Origin: a virus
Virus record (IMG/VR): IMGVR_UViG_3300041964_000068
Span: 14,515-78,514 of that record
Strand: one strand, 5' to 3'
DNA length: 64,000 bases
The notes under the pieces are model-generated. The model was not told where the DNA came from and did not search any database. It was given only the letters and a program-made list of their open reading frames with translations. The translations under genes were made by a program, and so were the position numbers. This document shows positions 21,116 to 30,540 of this stretch, piece after piece. Every line of letters begins with the position of its first letter. Within the stretch, counting starts at the first letter, position 1.

Positions 21116-21190
21116 GATGTAAACCTAGCGAAACTACTTGATTTTGTCAAGACAAATCTAGAGACAAGCTTAGGAGTAAGCTGCTAAAGG

Positions 21191-22708
21191 TTAAAAATCT
21201 TCATCGTCTTCAAACAGAGCAGCGTTAATCTCCTCGTCAGACAGCGGTAGCGGGGCTGTGTCTTCTTCTCCCAATACCGTCACCTCGACAGGAACAGTAA
21301 TCTCCTCTACCAGTGCGGGCGCAGGCTGAGGACGCGATTGCAGTCGATCGCTCCACTCTGGGCGAGAGCTTTGAGCGAGGTTCCTGAACCTGCCAAACTG
21401 CGGCTCAAACAGTAAGCGTACGGTTCCGGTTTCGCCTGAGCGGTTCTTGAGGTTGATCAGTTCGGCAATGCCGCGATCGGTCGTCTCAGGGTTGTAGTAT
21501 TCATCTCGGTACAGCGCCCAAATGTGATGAGCGTCTTCTTCCACCAGTCCAGACTGTCTGCCGTCAGACATCAGCGGACGCTTGTCGTTGCGTGTTTCAA
21601 CGTTACGGTTAAGCTGCTGAAGCAGGATGACATGAATTTTGAGTTCACGAGCCAGCGCTACCAAGCCTTTCGTGATCTTGCCTGAATCCCTGGTCGGGTC
21701 ATCAGAGGACTGGAGCATATACTGCAAGTGATCGATGATCAGCACGCTCAAGCCGTTCTCTTCACGCGCCAACTTACGAGCCTTGGCACGGATGATTTCG
21801 ATCGTTGAGAACCTATCCGTCACATACAGCGGCAAGCTGGTAATGCGATCGAGGGAAACTAAGATGCGCTCCAGTTCGGGGGGCGGTACGTTGCCGGATT
21901 CGATTTGCTTCGAGTTGATCTGAGCTTCGGTAGAAACCAGTCGGGTGAAGATATCTTCTTCTGGCATCTCCAGCGAGAAGAATGCGGCTGTCTTTCTCGA
22001 AAGTCGAGCGGCGTTCTTCAAGATGTTGAGCGCCAATGCGGTTTTGCCTTGTCCCGGTCGTCCCATCAAAATCGTCAGGCGTCCCGACATCAAGCCATTC
22101 GTCATGGCGTCCAGGTCGTAGAAGTCGGTCGGTGTTGCCGCAACACTCTCACCGTTAATTCTCTCTTCAAGCTGTGCATACCAGCGGGTTGCCAATCCCC
22201 CGATCATCTCGTCTTCGGCAGCTTCTTGCTGAGTGCAAAGCTGATGCACTTTTGCGTCAGCCAAGTTGAGCGCTTCCTCCAGGTCATCGGCCTGATAGCC
22301 CAGTTGCACCAATTCGTTGCCGACGCGAATCATCTCTCGGAATCGGAAAAGTTTGGCGATAATTTTGGCGTGGAGGTCAACGTTGACCGTACTGAGACAG
22401 CGCTCGTGCAGCATTGCAAGCTTTGATCGCCCGCCGACGCGATCCAGTTTCCCGATCGCTTCTAGATGCCTGGAGGCAGTGATCAAGTCGATCACCTCAT
22501 CCCGGCTATACATGCCCAAGAGTTCGCGATAGATCTCCTGATGGGCACTGATGTAAAAGTGCTGCGGCTGCAGCACTTCGACCACGCGATCGAAGCAGTC
22601 CGACTGAAATAACAGCGCACCCAGAACGCTTTCCTCAGCCTCGATGTTTTGCGGTGGCAGGCGTTCTTCGGTAGCTCGTGAAAATGGAACAACAGCAGCG
22701 GAGTTCAT
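21191..22708 (-). CDS. dnaB: Replicative DNA helicase DnaB
   Basis: LPPQNIEAEESVLG; Walker A GRPGQGKT; FFSLEM; IIDHLQ; QLNR...KRP; KNRSGETG. Confidence 0.97.
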   Translation of the reverse strand: MNSAAVVPFSRATEERLPPQNIEAEESVLGALLFQSDCFDRVVEVLQPQHFYISAHQEIYRELLGMYSRDEVIDLITASRHLEAIGKLDRVGGRSKLAMLHERCLSTVNVDLHAKIIAKLFRFREMIRVGNELVQLGYQADDLEEALNLADAKVHQLCTQQEAAEDEMIGGLATRWYAQLEERINGESVAATPTDFYDLDAMTNGLMSGRLTILMGRPGQGKTALALNILKNAARLSRKTAAFFSLEMPEEDIFTRLVSTEAQINSKQIESGNVPPPELERILVSLDRITSLPLYVTDRFSTIEIIRAKARKLAREENGLSVLIIDHLQYMLQSSDDPTRDSGKITKGLVALARELKIHVILLQQLNRNVETRNDKRPLMSDGRQSGLVEEDAHHIWALYRDEYYNPETTDRGIAELINLKNRSGETGTVRLLFEPQFGRFRNLAQSSRPEWSDRLQSRPQPAPALVEEITVPVEVTVLGEEDTAPLPLSDEEINAALFEDDEDF

Positions 22709-22793
22709 GTGAGAGGTCGAAGTAACGGAACTGATCTCGTCTTAATCGTAATCCGAAAAAATGTCAAGACTAAATCAAGATGGCGGCGGTCGG

Positions 22794-24029
22794 TTATTTC
22801 TTCGGGGCGAACTTAGCTCTAAAATCCTTTCCAAACGACGCTAGCCGTTGTTTCGTCTCTTCCGACACGACACGCTCCGCAGGCGGCTCAGCGGGCGATT
22901 CTGACGGGGTAGGGGCGATGGCTTGAGCGGCGAGGCGTTGTTGAGTCTCAGCGGCCTTACGCTTAAGCTCAAGACCTCTATCCCAACGAAGTTCGATCGC
23001 TCTCCAGTCGTGCTTATTGATGTACCCGCCAATGCTGTTTTTCGCGTCACCTTCTTCGTGGGGAAGGTTGTACTTCTTCAGATGCTCAATCTGAGCTTTC
23101 ACTACCCAAGGATCAAAGTCGTTTCGCTTCTGACCCACCCAAACTTGACCGTACCCCGCCGCTACCAAGTCTGGGTAAGGATGACCGGGAGTTGATGTTC
23201 TCGTCTTAAACCTGTCCTCGAATCGAGCCGCAGAACTGTAGCGAGAATCGTAACTTGTAGTCGGAGTGACTTCGTTTTTCGCCGCCGCGCCCTTTTGATC
23301 ACCACAGACAGCCTTTGAACTTGACACGAGAGGAGGTGTTTGTGTGTTGTCGGGTGGGGGAGTATCTTTCGCATTCGGTTCCGGTGGCTGTTGTTCTGGC
23401 TGTTCCAGTTCGGTTGGAGAAAACGGCTGTTCGCTTCTTTCTTTCTTTATTGGAGAACCTTCAGAATGGAGAACCTTAAGAGGGAGTACCTTTGGGTTAT
23501 CCCCGTTAACCCCCCCGGTTATCCCCGTTAACCCCCCCCGGTTATCCCCGTTAACCGTCTCAGTGTCGATCGGAGGGTTATCCCCGTTAACCCCCCCGGT
23601 TATCCCCGTTAACCGCTTCTTCCGTTCCTTGCCAGGATTGCCTTTACGAACGTTGCAGTTTTCGAGCGGAGTTTCGGGTTTATTCCAGCCTGACTCGGTT
23701 AGGTGATAGATGTTGACGTGATTCGTGCCGTCTTCTCTCTTGCGAGTTTCTTTGTAAATCAGCCCAAAAGCGATTAGCTCATTAATCGCTGCAATCGCCT
23801 TGGCCTTGAGCGAAGCCGCAGAGGAGTTCGGGTAGGAACCTCTGAAGCACTGCTCGCCAATGCTGGCGTAGCTGGGGAAAGCGGTGTTGTTTGTTCCGGC
23901 TCTCCTCGCCAGATGCCCGTAGACCCGGAACGCTTCGATCGTCAAATTCAGATCGTCAATATCTGACTTGAGGAAAATGGGAACCTTGCGCGATTCCTGA
24001 AGGCGATCGTTCCCGTTTTGCTCTGACAT
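22794..24029 (-). CDS. Phage replication initiator (lambda O-like, N-terminal wHTH)
   Basis: AFRVYGHLARRAG...AFPSYASIG...INELIAFGLI...NIYHL; internal iterons; immediately upstream of dnaB. Confidence 0.85.
   Translation of the reverse strand: MSEQNGNDRLQESRKVPIFLKSDIDDLNLTIEAFRVYGHLARRAGTNNTAFPSYASIGEQCFRGSYPNSSAASLKAKAIAAINELIAFGLIYKETRKREDGTNHVNIYHLTESGWNKPETPLENCNVRKGNPGKERKKRLTGITGGVNGDNPPIDTETVNGDNRGGLTGITGGVNGDNPKVLPLKVLHSEGSPIKKERSEQPFSPTELEQPEQQPPEPNAKDTPPPDNTQTPPLVSSSKAVCGDQKGAAAKNEVTPTTSYDSRYSSAARFEDRFKTRTSTPGHPYPDLVAAGYGQVWVGQKRNDFDPWVVKAQIEHLKKYNLPHEEGDAKNSIGGYINKHDWRAIELRWDRGLELKRKAAETQQRLAAQAIAPTPSESPAEPPAERVVSEETKQRLASFGKDFRAKFAPKK
23495..23614. repeat. Replication origin: five 17-bp iterons GGTTATCCCCGTTAACC inside the initiator gene
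   Basis: Copies start at 23495, 23517, 23540, 23576 and 23598; T-rich tract at about 23436-23451. Confidence 0.88.
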
Positions 24030-24124
24030 GATTTACTCCTGTTAACTTACTCGTAAGCTGAACAACGCTCGAAAGACTTCTTTTCTTGCTTGCGCCTAGA
24101 CAGATTAAGCGCTAAAATAAACGA

Positions 24125-24285
24125 ATCGGAGGCACCACACGCTTCAACAACCAGGCGAGTAGCTTAATTGCTCAGATGCCTTGATTGCTCGGAGGTGCTG
24201 GACTTCTGGGATTGGTGGTAGTTGACTTGCTTTGTAAAAAGGGCGTCGTGACTGTGAGAGGTCAAACAACGGCGCTCTTTTTGTT
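24125..24285 (+). ncRNA. Candidate antisense RNA over the rep-dnaB leader
   Basis: TTGCGC-17-TAAAAT at 24090-24118; hairpin AAAAAGGGCGTCGT...ACGGCGCTCTTTTT at 24236-24281; no ORF seen. Confidence 0.4.
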
Positions 24286-24379
24286 TGGCTGTTTTCGCGC
24301 TTACCTGTCTTTCGAGCTACCCTGATTCTACCCGACAGATTAAGATTAAGCTAGTCGTCACGGAATGCTTAATTTTGAC

Positions 24380-24559
24380 ATGGGAAAACGCAAAACTCCT
24401 ATTGCAGCCCTGATTGAAACTGCCGATAATTTCGATCGCTACGGCACGAGCTACCCAGATCAAGAAGCGATCCGCAACAGGCGAAGACACGAAAAGCAGA
24501 GCAGAGATGCAGGGCTAGACTCGGAACTCGATCGAGATCACCTGCCCATCGCGAATTAA
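24380..24559 (+). CDS. Small basic protein overlapping the integrase 3' end; candidate directionality factor
   Basis: 59 aa ORF convergent with and overlapping the integrase; function inferred from position only. Confidence 0.4.
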   Translation: MGKRKTPIAALIETADNFDRYGTSYPDQEAIRNRRRHEKQSRDAGLDSELDRDHLPIAN

Positions 24560-25912
24560 GATTTTTGAGATATACAGCCGAAAGGCCATTTGCAAATCGG
24601 TGGGGCTAAGCTGCTTCCAGTACTCTTCTTTCCGCCCCACCCGAATCAGCATTTCCCGCAATTCAGTATTTTCGGGTATCGCTTGAGTCTTCTTGATTTG
24701 AGTGCGTAGCTGGGTAATCTTGCGGGCAAATAGCCCGTCCTCATCGCCCATCTGCGCGATCATGTTTTGGAGGCTGGCGATGTGCTGCTCCAAGAGTAGC
24801 TTTTCGGGGTTCACGTACTCCGCACTGTTGAGGGCGAGAGCGTAATCCGCTAGCTCGATCGACTTTTCACAAAGCTGGCGGATGACCTCTGCTTCAACTT
24901 CGGGCAGTTTAATCCCCTTGGCGTCACGCTGATAGCAAGGAAAGCTCTCGATCAAGCTTTGCTGTGTGCGGCAGTAGGCGTAAAAATAGTGCTTCCCTTT
25001 GTATGTACTTCTTGCGAGGGTCATGCGATAGCCGCACCTCTCGCAAATCAGCAGGCTCCGCAGCGGATAGACCACGTTCTGATCGGCCTTACTGGTTTGG
25101 CGGTTCGTGCCCAAAGAAAGCGCGATTTGCTTCTGCTGCGCGTCACTCAGCAGCTTTTCGTCCGAATGAGTGTGGTAGATAATCTCTCGCCACTGCGCGG
25201 CCTTGTTCTTGTAGCTCAGCCGCCCGTAGGGAGTGTGCCCACACAGGACGGGTGAAAGTACCCACCGTGTCAACCCCGCAGGCGTCCAGCGCTTACCAAG
25301 CTCCCTGTCAATAACGCGACAAGCCTCGGTCGCATTTCGGGTTTCTTGCAAAATCTCGATCGTCCGAATCGCATCATCGAGCGTGTCAGGGTTGCGGCGA
25401 TACTGATTTTCTATCCGCACATATCCCCAAGGAATCGAGGCGTTCGCGTGTTTCTGATAGCGGGCATATTCGACGCTTGCTCGAATGCGCTGAGATAGCT
25501 CCCGCGATTCTCCCTCGCTGCGAACGCTGGCGTTGGCGAACTCGCTCCAATCATTCGGGTTGCGAAAGTCGAACGGTCGGCCTTTCCTGAGTTCGTATAG
25601 CTCTATCCCGGTGCGCTCGAATAGCTTCGCCAGCCAGCCGTTCATTTGCAGATCTCGCGAGATCCGGTCAACCCGCAGGATATACAGGCGATCGATTTGG
25701 TTGGCCTCGATCAGTGCTAAGAGCTTCTGAAATTCGGGACGATCGTCCTCGCGTCCCGACTGGATATCGATAAATAGCAGATCATCATCCGGCTCAAACC
25801 CGTCAGCCACTACCGCCCGCTCCAGTAGAAAAAGCTGCCGAGTTAGGGCATCCTTATCCTTAGCCTGCTCTTTCTTGCTGACTCGCCCATATCTGGCTAC
25901 GCGCTTTCTCAT
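24515..25912 (-). CDS. Large serine integrase (XisF-like recombinase)
   Basis: YGRVSKKEQ catalytic Ser; DIQSG...RPEFQKL; RVDRISR; recombinase domain; CERCG...YCR zinc ribbon; coiled coil. Confidence 0.95.
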   Translation of the reverse strand: MRKRVARYGRVSKKEQAKDKDALTRQLFLLERAVVADGFEPDDDLLFIDIQSGREDDRPEFQKLLALIEANQIDRLYILRVDRISRDLQMNGWLAKLFERTGIELYELRKGRPFDFRNPNDWSEFANASVRSEGESRELSQRIRASVEYARYQKHANASIPWGYVRIENQYRRNPDTLDDAIRTIEILQETRNATEACRVIDRELGKRWTPAGLTRWVLSPVLCGHTPYGRLSYKNKAAQWREIIYHTHSDEKLLSDAQQKQIALSLGTNRQTSKADQNVVYPLRSLLICERCGYRMTLARSTYKGKHYFYAYCRTQQSLIESFPCYQRDAKGIKLPEVEAEVIRQLCEKSIELADYALALNSAEYVNPEKLLLEQHIASLQNMIAQMGDEDGLFARKITQLRTQIKKTQAIPENTELREMLIRVGRKEEYWKQLSPTDLQMAFRLYISKILIRDGQVISIEFRV

Positions 25913-26018
25913 AAGCTGTAAGCGGAACGGCTCTAGTATTTTATGCTAATTGAGCTTCCCAAGGCCGGGTATCACTACTCAGAAAAAATAGTGCAAATTT
26001 GTACTGAGTAAACTAAGA

Positions 26019-27011
26019 TTGGCTTATATTTTCCCAGTTCAGCAAATGACTTCTCTGCTCTCCACCACTAAAATGCCTGCATCAAGGCCGAGCAACGTCA
26101 CTCGATCGCCCGCGCCTGCTCCTTATAGGCTGACCGTCTATCGCATCGTCGAACTTCTCTGTGACCCTACGAATCGCGACCAGCTATACAAAGATCACAA
26201 AACCAATACTCGCTATAGAGTTGGGTCGATGACCCGCCTCGCGGATCTCTCAGGCGTAGCTAAGAGCGCCTTCGAGCATCTGTTTCGGAGAAGAGAAGAA
26301 GGCGTATGGGTCGAGTTGAACCGCCGTACCCTGATCCGATTGACCGCGTTTGTCAACGAGCTTGACCCCCCGCTCGTTGATCCCCTTGACCCGGAACGCC
26401 GTCCGATTCGCTTCGATCCGATCGAAGTAGACGGCGAACTTTACGCAGGGTGGGAACGGCTCTCGCATCTTCACGCGGAACTGGCTCCGCCCGAAGAAAC
26501 GCTGTTGCCCGATCGCCTGCAAAAAAAGCCCGCCGCATCGACGGAAGCCGAGTCGTTTCTGTCACAGTTCCCGCTGTCCCCACAGGAGCGATCTCGCGTT
26601 CTCGATTTTATCCGCCAACAATCTTCGCCCGCTCAACCTGTCCAGAGTGCATCTCAGCCCATCTTAGAGCGAGTTCCTAGCCGGGAGGATGCAATGCGTT
26701 TAAGTAAACTATCCTCGCTGGTTATTCAGCACATGGACTCTGAGCAGACCGTCTCTGTTGAGGACTATGTTGCGAAACTCCTCAACGAACGAGGCCATTC
26801 GACGCCGCAAGAGAAAAAAACGATAATTTCTGGCCTTGAAGATATTCTTTTCAAAAATAAACTCCCCCAAAAAAGCCCGCTCTTAACCTTAAGCCTGCTA
26901 GCTGAATTCTTATCAACCGCAGAAGGTGAGCCGTTCGGGGGAGATGTGGATTCGTTGCTAGCGTATTGCGATCTGCCCACTCAGGTCAGACACTCAAACA
27001 ACCACGCTTAG
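26019..27011 (+). CDS. HTH-containing regulator, candidate immunity repressor
   Basis: SMTRLADLSGVAKSAFEHL is XRE-HTH-like; divergent from the integrase across palindromic sites. Confidence 0.55.
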   Translation: MAYIFPVQQMTSLLSTTKMPASRPSNVTRSPAPAPYRLTVYRIVELLCDPTNRDQLYKDHKTNTRYRVGSMTRLADLSGVAKSAFEHLFRRREEGVWVELNRRTLIRLTAFVNELDPPLVDPLDPERRPIRFDPIEVDGELYAGWERLSHLHAELAPPEETLLPDRLQKKPAASTEAESFLSQFPLSPQERSRVLDFIRQQSSPAQPVQSASQPILERVPSREDAMRLSKLSSLVIQHMDSEQTVSVEDYVAKLLNERGHSTPQEKKTIISGLEDILFKNKLPQKSPLLTLSLLAEFLSTAEGEPFGGDVDSLLAYCDLPTQVRHSNNHA

Positions 27012-27754
27012 ACCATCGCTCTTGGGGGTGCAACCAGCTTGACAAGTCGCCAAAGCTCGCCGCAAAACGACACAAGGCGAGCTTCGACCTGTCGCTCGCA
27101 CATCACCCCATCGCTGACCCGCCTCGCTTTGTAATTGATTCGTGCCAGTTTCCCTTGAGCGTCTAAGATCGCCCCGGAAAATCGGCAGAGTTCATCACTT
27201 GGAAAGTAGATCCCGTTATTGGTGACGGAGATCATTTCCTGTTTGCAAACTCCCGACGACATTTCAATGCCGTCTGAGAACAAGTAGGGACGATTGTCCC
27301 GCATCCGGGTGAAGCTCCCGCTAAGGCCAAATTCAGAAGTATGTCGTCTCAGTTCCGCAAGAACTTGCTCCTCGGAAGTGACTTCAACAAAGCTTGTGAG
27401 CGGCATTTTTAGACCTCTTAACTCAAGATTAAGCGGCAGGACTAGTACTCTGTCACCGTACACTAGCCGTACCTTCTTAATCTTGGGATAAAAATCCCCA
27501 AGATTGCAAGGGCTGGACGCACTTAAGCGATCGTCTTGTTCAAATAAATAAAAATCGCGATTCATTGCGTATAAATGTTCACGCGAGCGAGCATTTACGA
27601 TCAGTGTCTCGTCAAATATACTGAGATCGGCTCCTGCGAGTAACCTCTGTAAATCTCTGCTCAAAGATTGCCTTAAAAAGCTGGCTTCGAGCTTGCGGCG
27701 GAACTGTAAATTTTTCATGCGAAGCGAAAGGTAAAATTCCCGAACCCGAATCAA
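27008..27754 (-). CDS. Protein with C-terminal PAS-like domain (second copy)
   Basis: SFTRMRDNRPYLFSD...SGVCKQEMI...YKARRVSDG...VEARLV...WRLV parallels 1401..2126. Confidence 0.5.
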   Translation of the reverse strand: MIRVREFYLSLRMKNLQFRRKLEASFLRQSLSRDLQRLLAGADLSIFDETLIVNARSREHLYAMNRDFYLFEQDDRLSASSPCNLGDFYPKIKKVRLVYGDRVLVLPLNLELRGLKMPLTSFVEVTSEEQVLAELRRHTSEFGLSGSFTRMRDNRPYLFSDGIEMSSGVCKQEMISVTNNGIYFPSDELCRFSGAILDAQGKLARINYKARRVSDGVMCERQVEARLVSFCGELWRLVKLVAPPRAMV

Positions 27755-27813
27755 GTGTAAGCACGGAGAGGCACAAGGGGAAACACTTCCCCGATTATAG
27801 GTGCAACTCTTAA

Positions 27814-28440
27814 TCAGTTTCGGCTAAATCCTAAAGTTTTAGTCCGCTCTGCCTTCGGGTAGATGACAGGGCTTAACAGCGGCTTCTTCTGTTGCTGCTT
27901 ACGCTTTCTCTCTTCATATTGCGCCTGAATACGAAGCTGGGCTTCATAAAAGTTTAGAAGCTCCTCCGTCCTTTTACGGATATAACCAATGTCGGCATCG
28001 AACTTAGCTGTCAGCACTTGGCCTTGGTCGATCATCTCAAGGATCTGTTTGGCAAGTGTCGCCATCTCCTGAAAATTATTGATCCGCTTCGGCCTAAGCC
28101 CCAGCAGCGCCTTGTCTAGATGTAAGGCGGGAAGGTGTTTGATGCCGAAATCATAGCTGCCGTCCGATCGACGATAGCGAATCACTTCCCCACATCCAAC
28201 CATCTGCTCCAAGCGGGTAATCTTTCGTTCCGCTACCTCAACCCCTTCAGGCGGCTTGCCCAAGTAAAGCCAGAGGTGATCGATCCTCCTTGGCTTGTGT
28301 TTGTCGTGTAGGTGTGTAAATGGCTGGATCGCCACGTTCTCAAACAGGAAACGGGTCTGCCCGTTCTCCTGCTCCCACCACGTCTCAACAAATCCTTTGT
28401 ACTGGACTTTGAAGCCCAACCAGTCTTCTAGGGGTCGCAT
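27814..28440 (-). CDS. Hypothetical protein
   Basis: GAGG RBS, clean 208 aa ORF. Confidence 0.7.
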   Translation of the reverse strand: MRPLEDWLGFKVQYKGFVETWWEQENGQTRFLFENVAIQPFTHLHDKHKPRRIDHLWLYLGKPPEGVEVAERKITRLEQMVGCGEVIRYRRSDGSYDFGIKHLPALHLDKALLGLRPKRINNFQEMATLAKQILEMIDQGQVLTAKFDADIGYIRKRTEELLNFYEAQLRIQAQYEERKRKQQQKKPLLSPVIYPKAERTKTLGFSRN

Positions 28441-28625
28441 ATATTGTTACCTCAACTAACTTAAGCTTATTCTTGACGTAATCACCTAAAAACGTCAAGA
28501 TGAAATCAAGATTAGATCAAGATTAGATACAAAAAACGCCCCAGGGCAAAGGGGCGAGAAAGTGTAGTCGCAGGTCTAATCTATCACACAGTAGCTTACG
28601 CCTAAGCTCAGGAGGAAAAACCGTC

Positions 28626-29168
28626 ATGCCCAAGTCAATCACAAGCGGATCGAAGGAAAGAACCCCCGGTCAGCAAGCCAATATCACCGGAGCTTGGTTC
28701 GCCGCTGAGGTGGCGAGATTTATTGAAGGGTGCGGATTCCAGGCTGAAGTCGCCTATCAGACGGAGATGCGCCGACGCGACAATAAGCGCATCGTCCTGT
28801 CAGTGTTTATCCGCCCTTGCCCGCTATTCCCGTCCGGGCTGGGCATTGATGCTACCGATCAGCAGGGCGCAGGCAGCGGAGCCGACAAAATTCATGGCAA
28901 GGTCTACCACATCTGTACGGGGTGGACTTGTCCCGGCGTCATGATTATTGAGGGCGACAACCGCGACATTACCCCTGCTCGACAGTGGGCAAAAGAACGG
29001 GTCGGAGACGATTGGCTCAACCCCAAACATGGGGACAGCAAAAATCTTCTGGGTGTGTTCACGCTGAAGGAATTCAAGCTCTGGCTGATAGACGCCAAGA
29101 CTTCCGAGAAAGTCAAACCTGCGGTGTTTGAACCGGAATTCGCATACGAACAGGCAACACTTCTTTAG
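28626..29168 (+). CDS. PD-(D/E)XK nuclease-like protein with degenerate active-site motif
   Basis: ANITG...FPSGLGIDATDQQGAGSGADK resembles the IECKWQQxxGSVDEK nuclease family. Confidence 0.55.
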   Translation: MPKSITSGSKERTPGQQANITGAWFAAEVARFIEGCGFQAEVAYQTEMRRRDNKRIVLSVFIRPCPLFPSGLGIDATDQQGAGSGADKIHGKVYHICTGWTCPGVMIIEGDNRDITPARQWAKERVGDDWLNPKHGDSKNLLGVFTLKEFKLWLIDAKTSEKVKPAVFEPEFAYEQATLL

Positions 29169-29198
29169 CCGATTTACTCACAGCTACTTAAGGAAAAG

Positions 29199-29435
29199 AT
29201 GATGACTACTCAAGATAGATTTGACGAATTCAAGCAGCTAATCACGTCAGACATCCGTAATTCTGACGCCCCGCAGTCCGACTTACTTCGCTCGTTCTTG
29301 CTGTTCGGGCTTTTGTTTGAAAAAGGAACTTCGCAAGAACTAGCCGAAGCTAAAGCCTTGATCTCCCAGAACGCCAATCGGTTGCTATGCGTGGAGCCAT
29401 CAAGCACCGCTGAAGAGAGCTTTCGAGAAGGCTGA
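29199..29435 (+). CDS. Hypothetical protein
   Basis: AAGGA RBS, within operon. Confidence 0.6.
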   Translation: MMTTQDRFDEFKQLITSDIRNSDAPQSDLLRSFLLFGLLFEKGTSQELAEAKALISQNANRLLCVEPSSTAEESFREG

Positions 29436-29679
29436 AAGCAAGTTATGAGCGGAAAAACAATTCCCCTCTCTCAACTCTGGGAGCCAGATTAATGAAGCAT
29501 CCGATCGAAATAGAACTGGCTTGGCAAGTCCGACCATTCCCGAAACTTTTCCCCAATCTTGGCTATGAAGGTGAGCCGTTCTTGGGATACCGAGAAATCT
29601 ACTATGACGGCAAGCACCGTATGTTTGGTTTTTGGTGGCTCTCTATTCACTGGTACATATAAACATGGCTGAAAATTCA

Positions 29680-30297
29680 ATGAGCGAATACCACAAGATT
29701 CAAAGTGTTTTCAAGCGCGACCCTGCAACGAGAAACAAGCGGTTTGTGATGTGGGATTATTCCCTGCCCGAATTTGAGTATCTTGCTCACAACCCTTGGG
29801 TGGGAACTGAAAAGGTTGACGGGACAAACGTTCGCATTTCCAAGAGCGGTATCTACGGCAAGACTGATAACGCACAAATTCATCAAGGGCTGATTCCTCA
29901 CCTAATCGATGTTAAGGATCGGGTCATCCGGTCAGAGTTGCCGGATGACACTATTTTGTACGGTGAAGGGTACGGAGCAAAGATTCAGTCAGGCGGTCAA
30001 TACCTACCTGACAGACAGGCGTTTGTTTTGTTTGACGCCAACATTTCTGGGAATTTTCAGCCGCGATCGAGCGTTCTAGATATTTCGATAAAGCTAGATC
30101 TTCCCGTCTGCCCAATCCTTGAAACAATGACGCTAGTAGAGTGGGTGGCGGCGATCGAGGCGGGTAAGTTTCGCGAGTCGATTTTGCATCCTGGCGCGAA
30201 AAACGAAGGGGTTGTTTTGCGTCCTGCAACAGAATTAAGAACTCGTGACGGGCATCGCGTTATCACCAAGCTCAAGTTCAAAGATTTTGGCTTGTAA
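29680..30297 (+). CDS. RNA ligase, Rnl2-like adenylation domain
   Basis: TEKVDGTN, LYGEGYGAKIQ, FVLFD, EGVVLRP, ITKLK. Confidence 0.88.
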   Translation: MSEYHKIQSVFKRDPATRNKRFVMWDYSLPEFEYLAHNPWVGTEKVDGTNVRISKSGIYGKTDNAQIHQGLIPHLIDVKDRVIRSELPDDTILYGEGYGAKIQSGGQYLPDRQAFVLFDANISGNFQPRSSVLDISIKLDLPVCPILETMTLVEWVAAIEAGKFRESILHPGAKNEGVVLRPATELRTRDGHRVITKLKFKDFGL

Positions 30298-30530
30298 TGA
30301 AATACACAATCATCCAGCACGACTATAACTACAGCAACAAACCGCCTTACACTAGAGAGTTTTTCTGCACAGGGCATTACTTTGTCTTCGCGGGTAACGC
30401 TGTACTCGCATTTTGCTTTTTCACTCCTAAAGCCTGGAAAAGCATTGGCATAAAAACCGAATGGTTAAACAAAAACAAAACAGCATGGGGACTCAATTTG
30501 TTTTGGGTTCAAATGTCTTGGATGTCTTGA
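30297..30530 (+). CDS. Small hypothetical protein
   Basis: TAATG stop/start overlap with the ligase. Confidence 0.5.
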   Translation: MKYTIIQHDYNYSNKPPYTREFFCTGHYFVFAGNAVLAFCFFTPKAWKSIGIKTEWLNKNKTAWGLNLFWVQMSWMS

Positions 30531-30540
30531 GGACAAAATA

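Noticed and set aside
23495-23614. Repeat cluster as a mini CRISPR array
   Set aside because: 17-bp repeats with 5-19 bp gaps inside a coding gene and no unique spacers or cas genes; fits iterons.
25985-26010. Palindrome as a cyanobacterial LexA box
   Set aside because: Half-site spacing is 6 nt and does not match RGTAC-N3-DGTWCB; kept only as a generic operator candidate.
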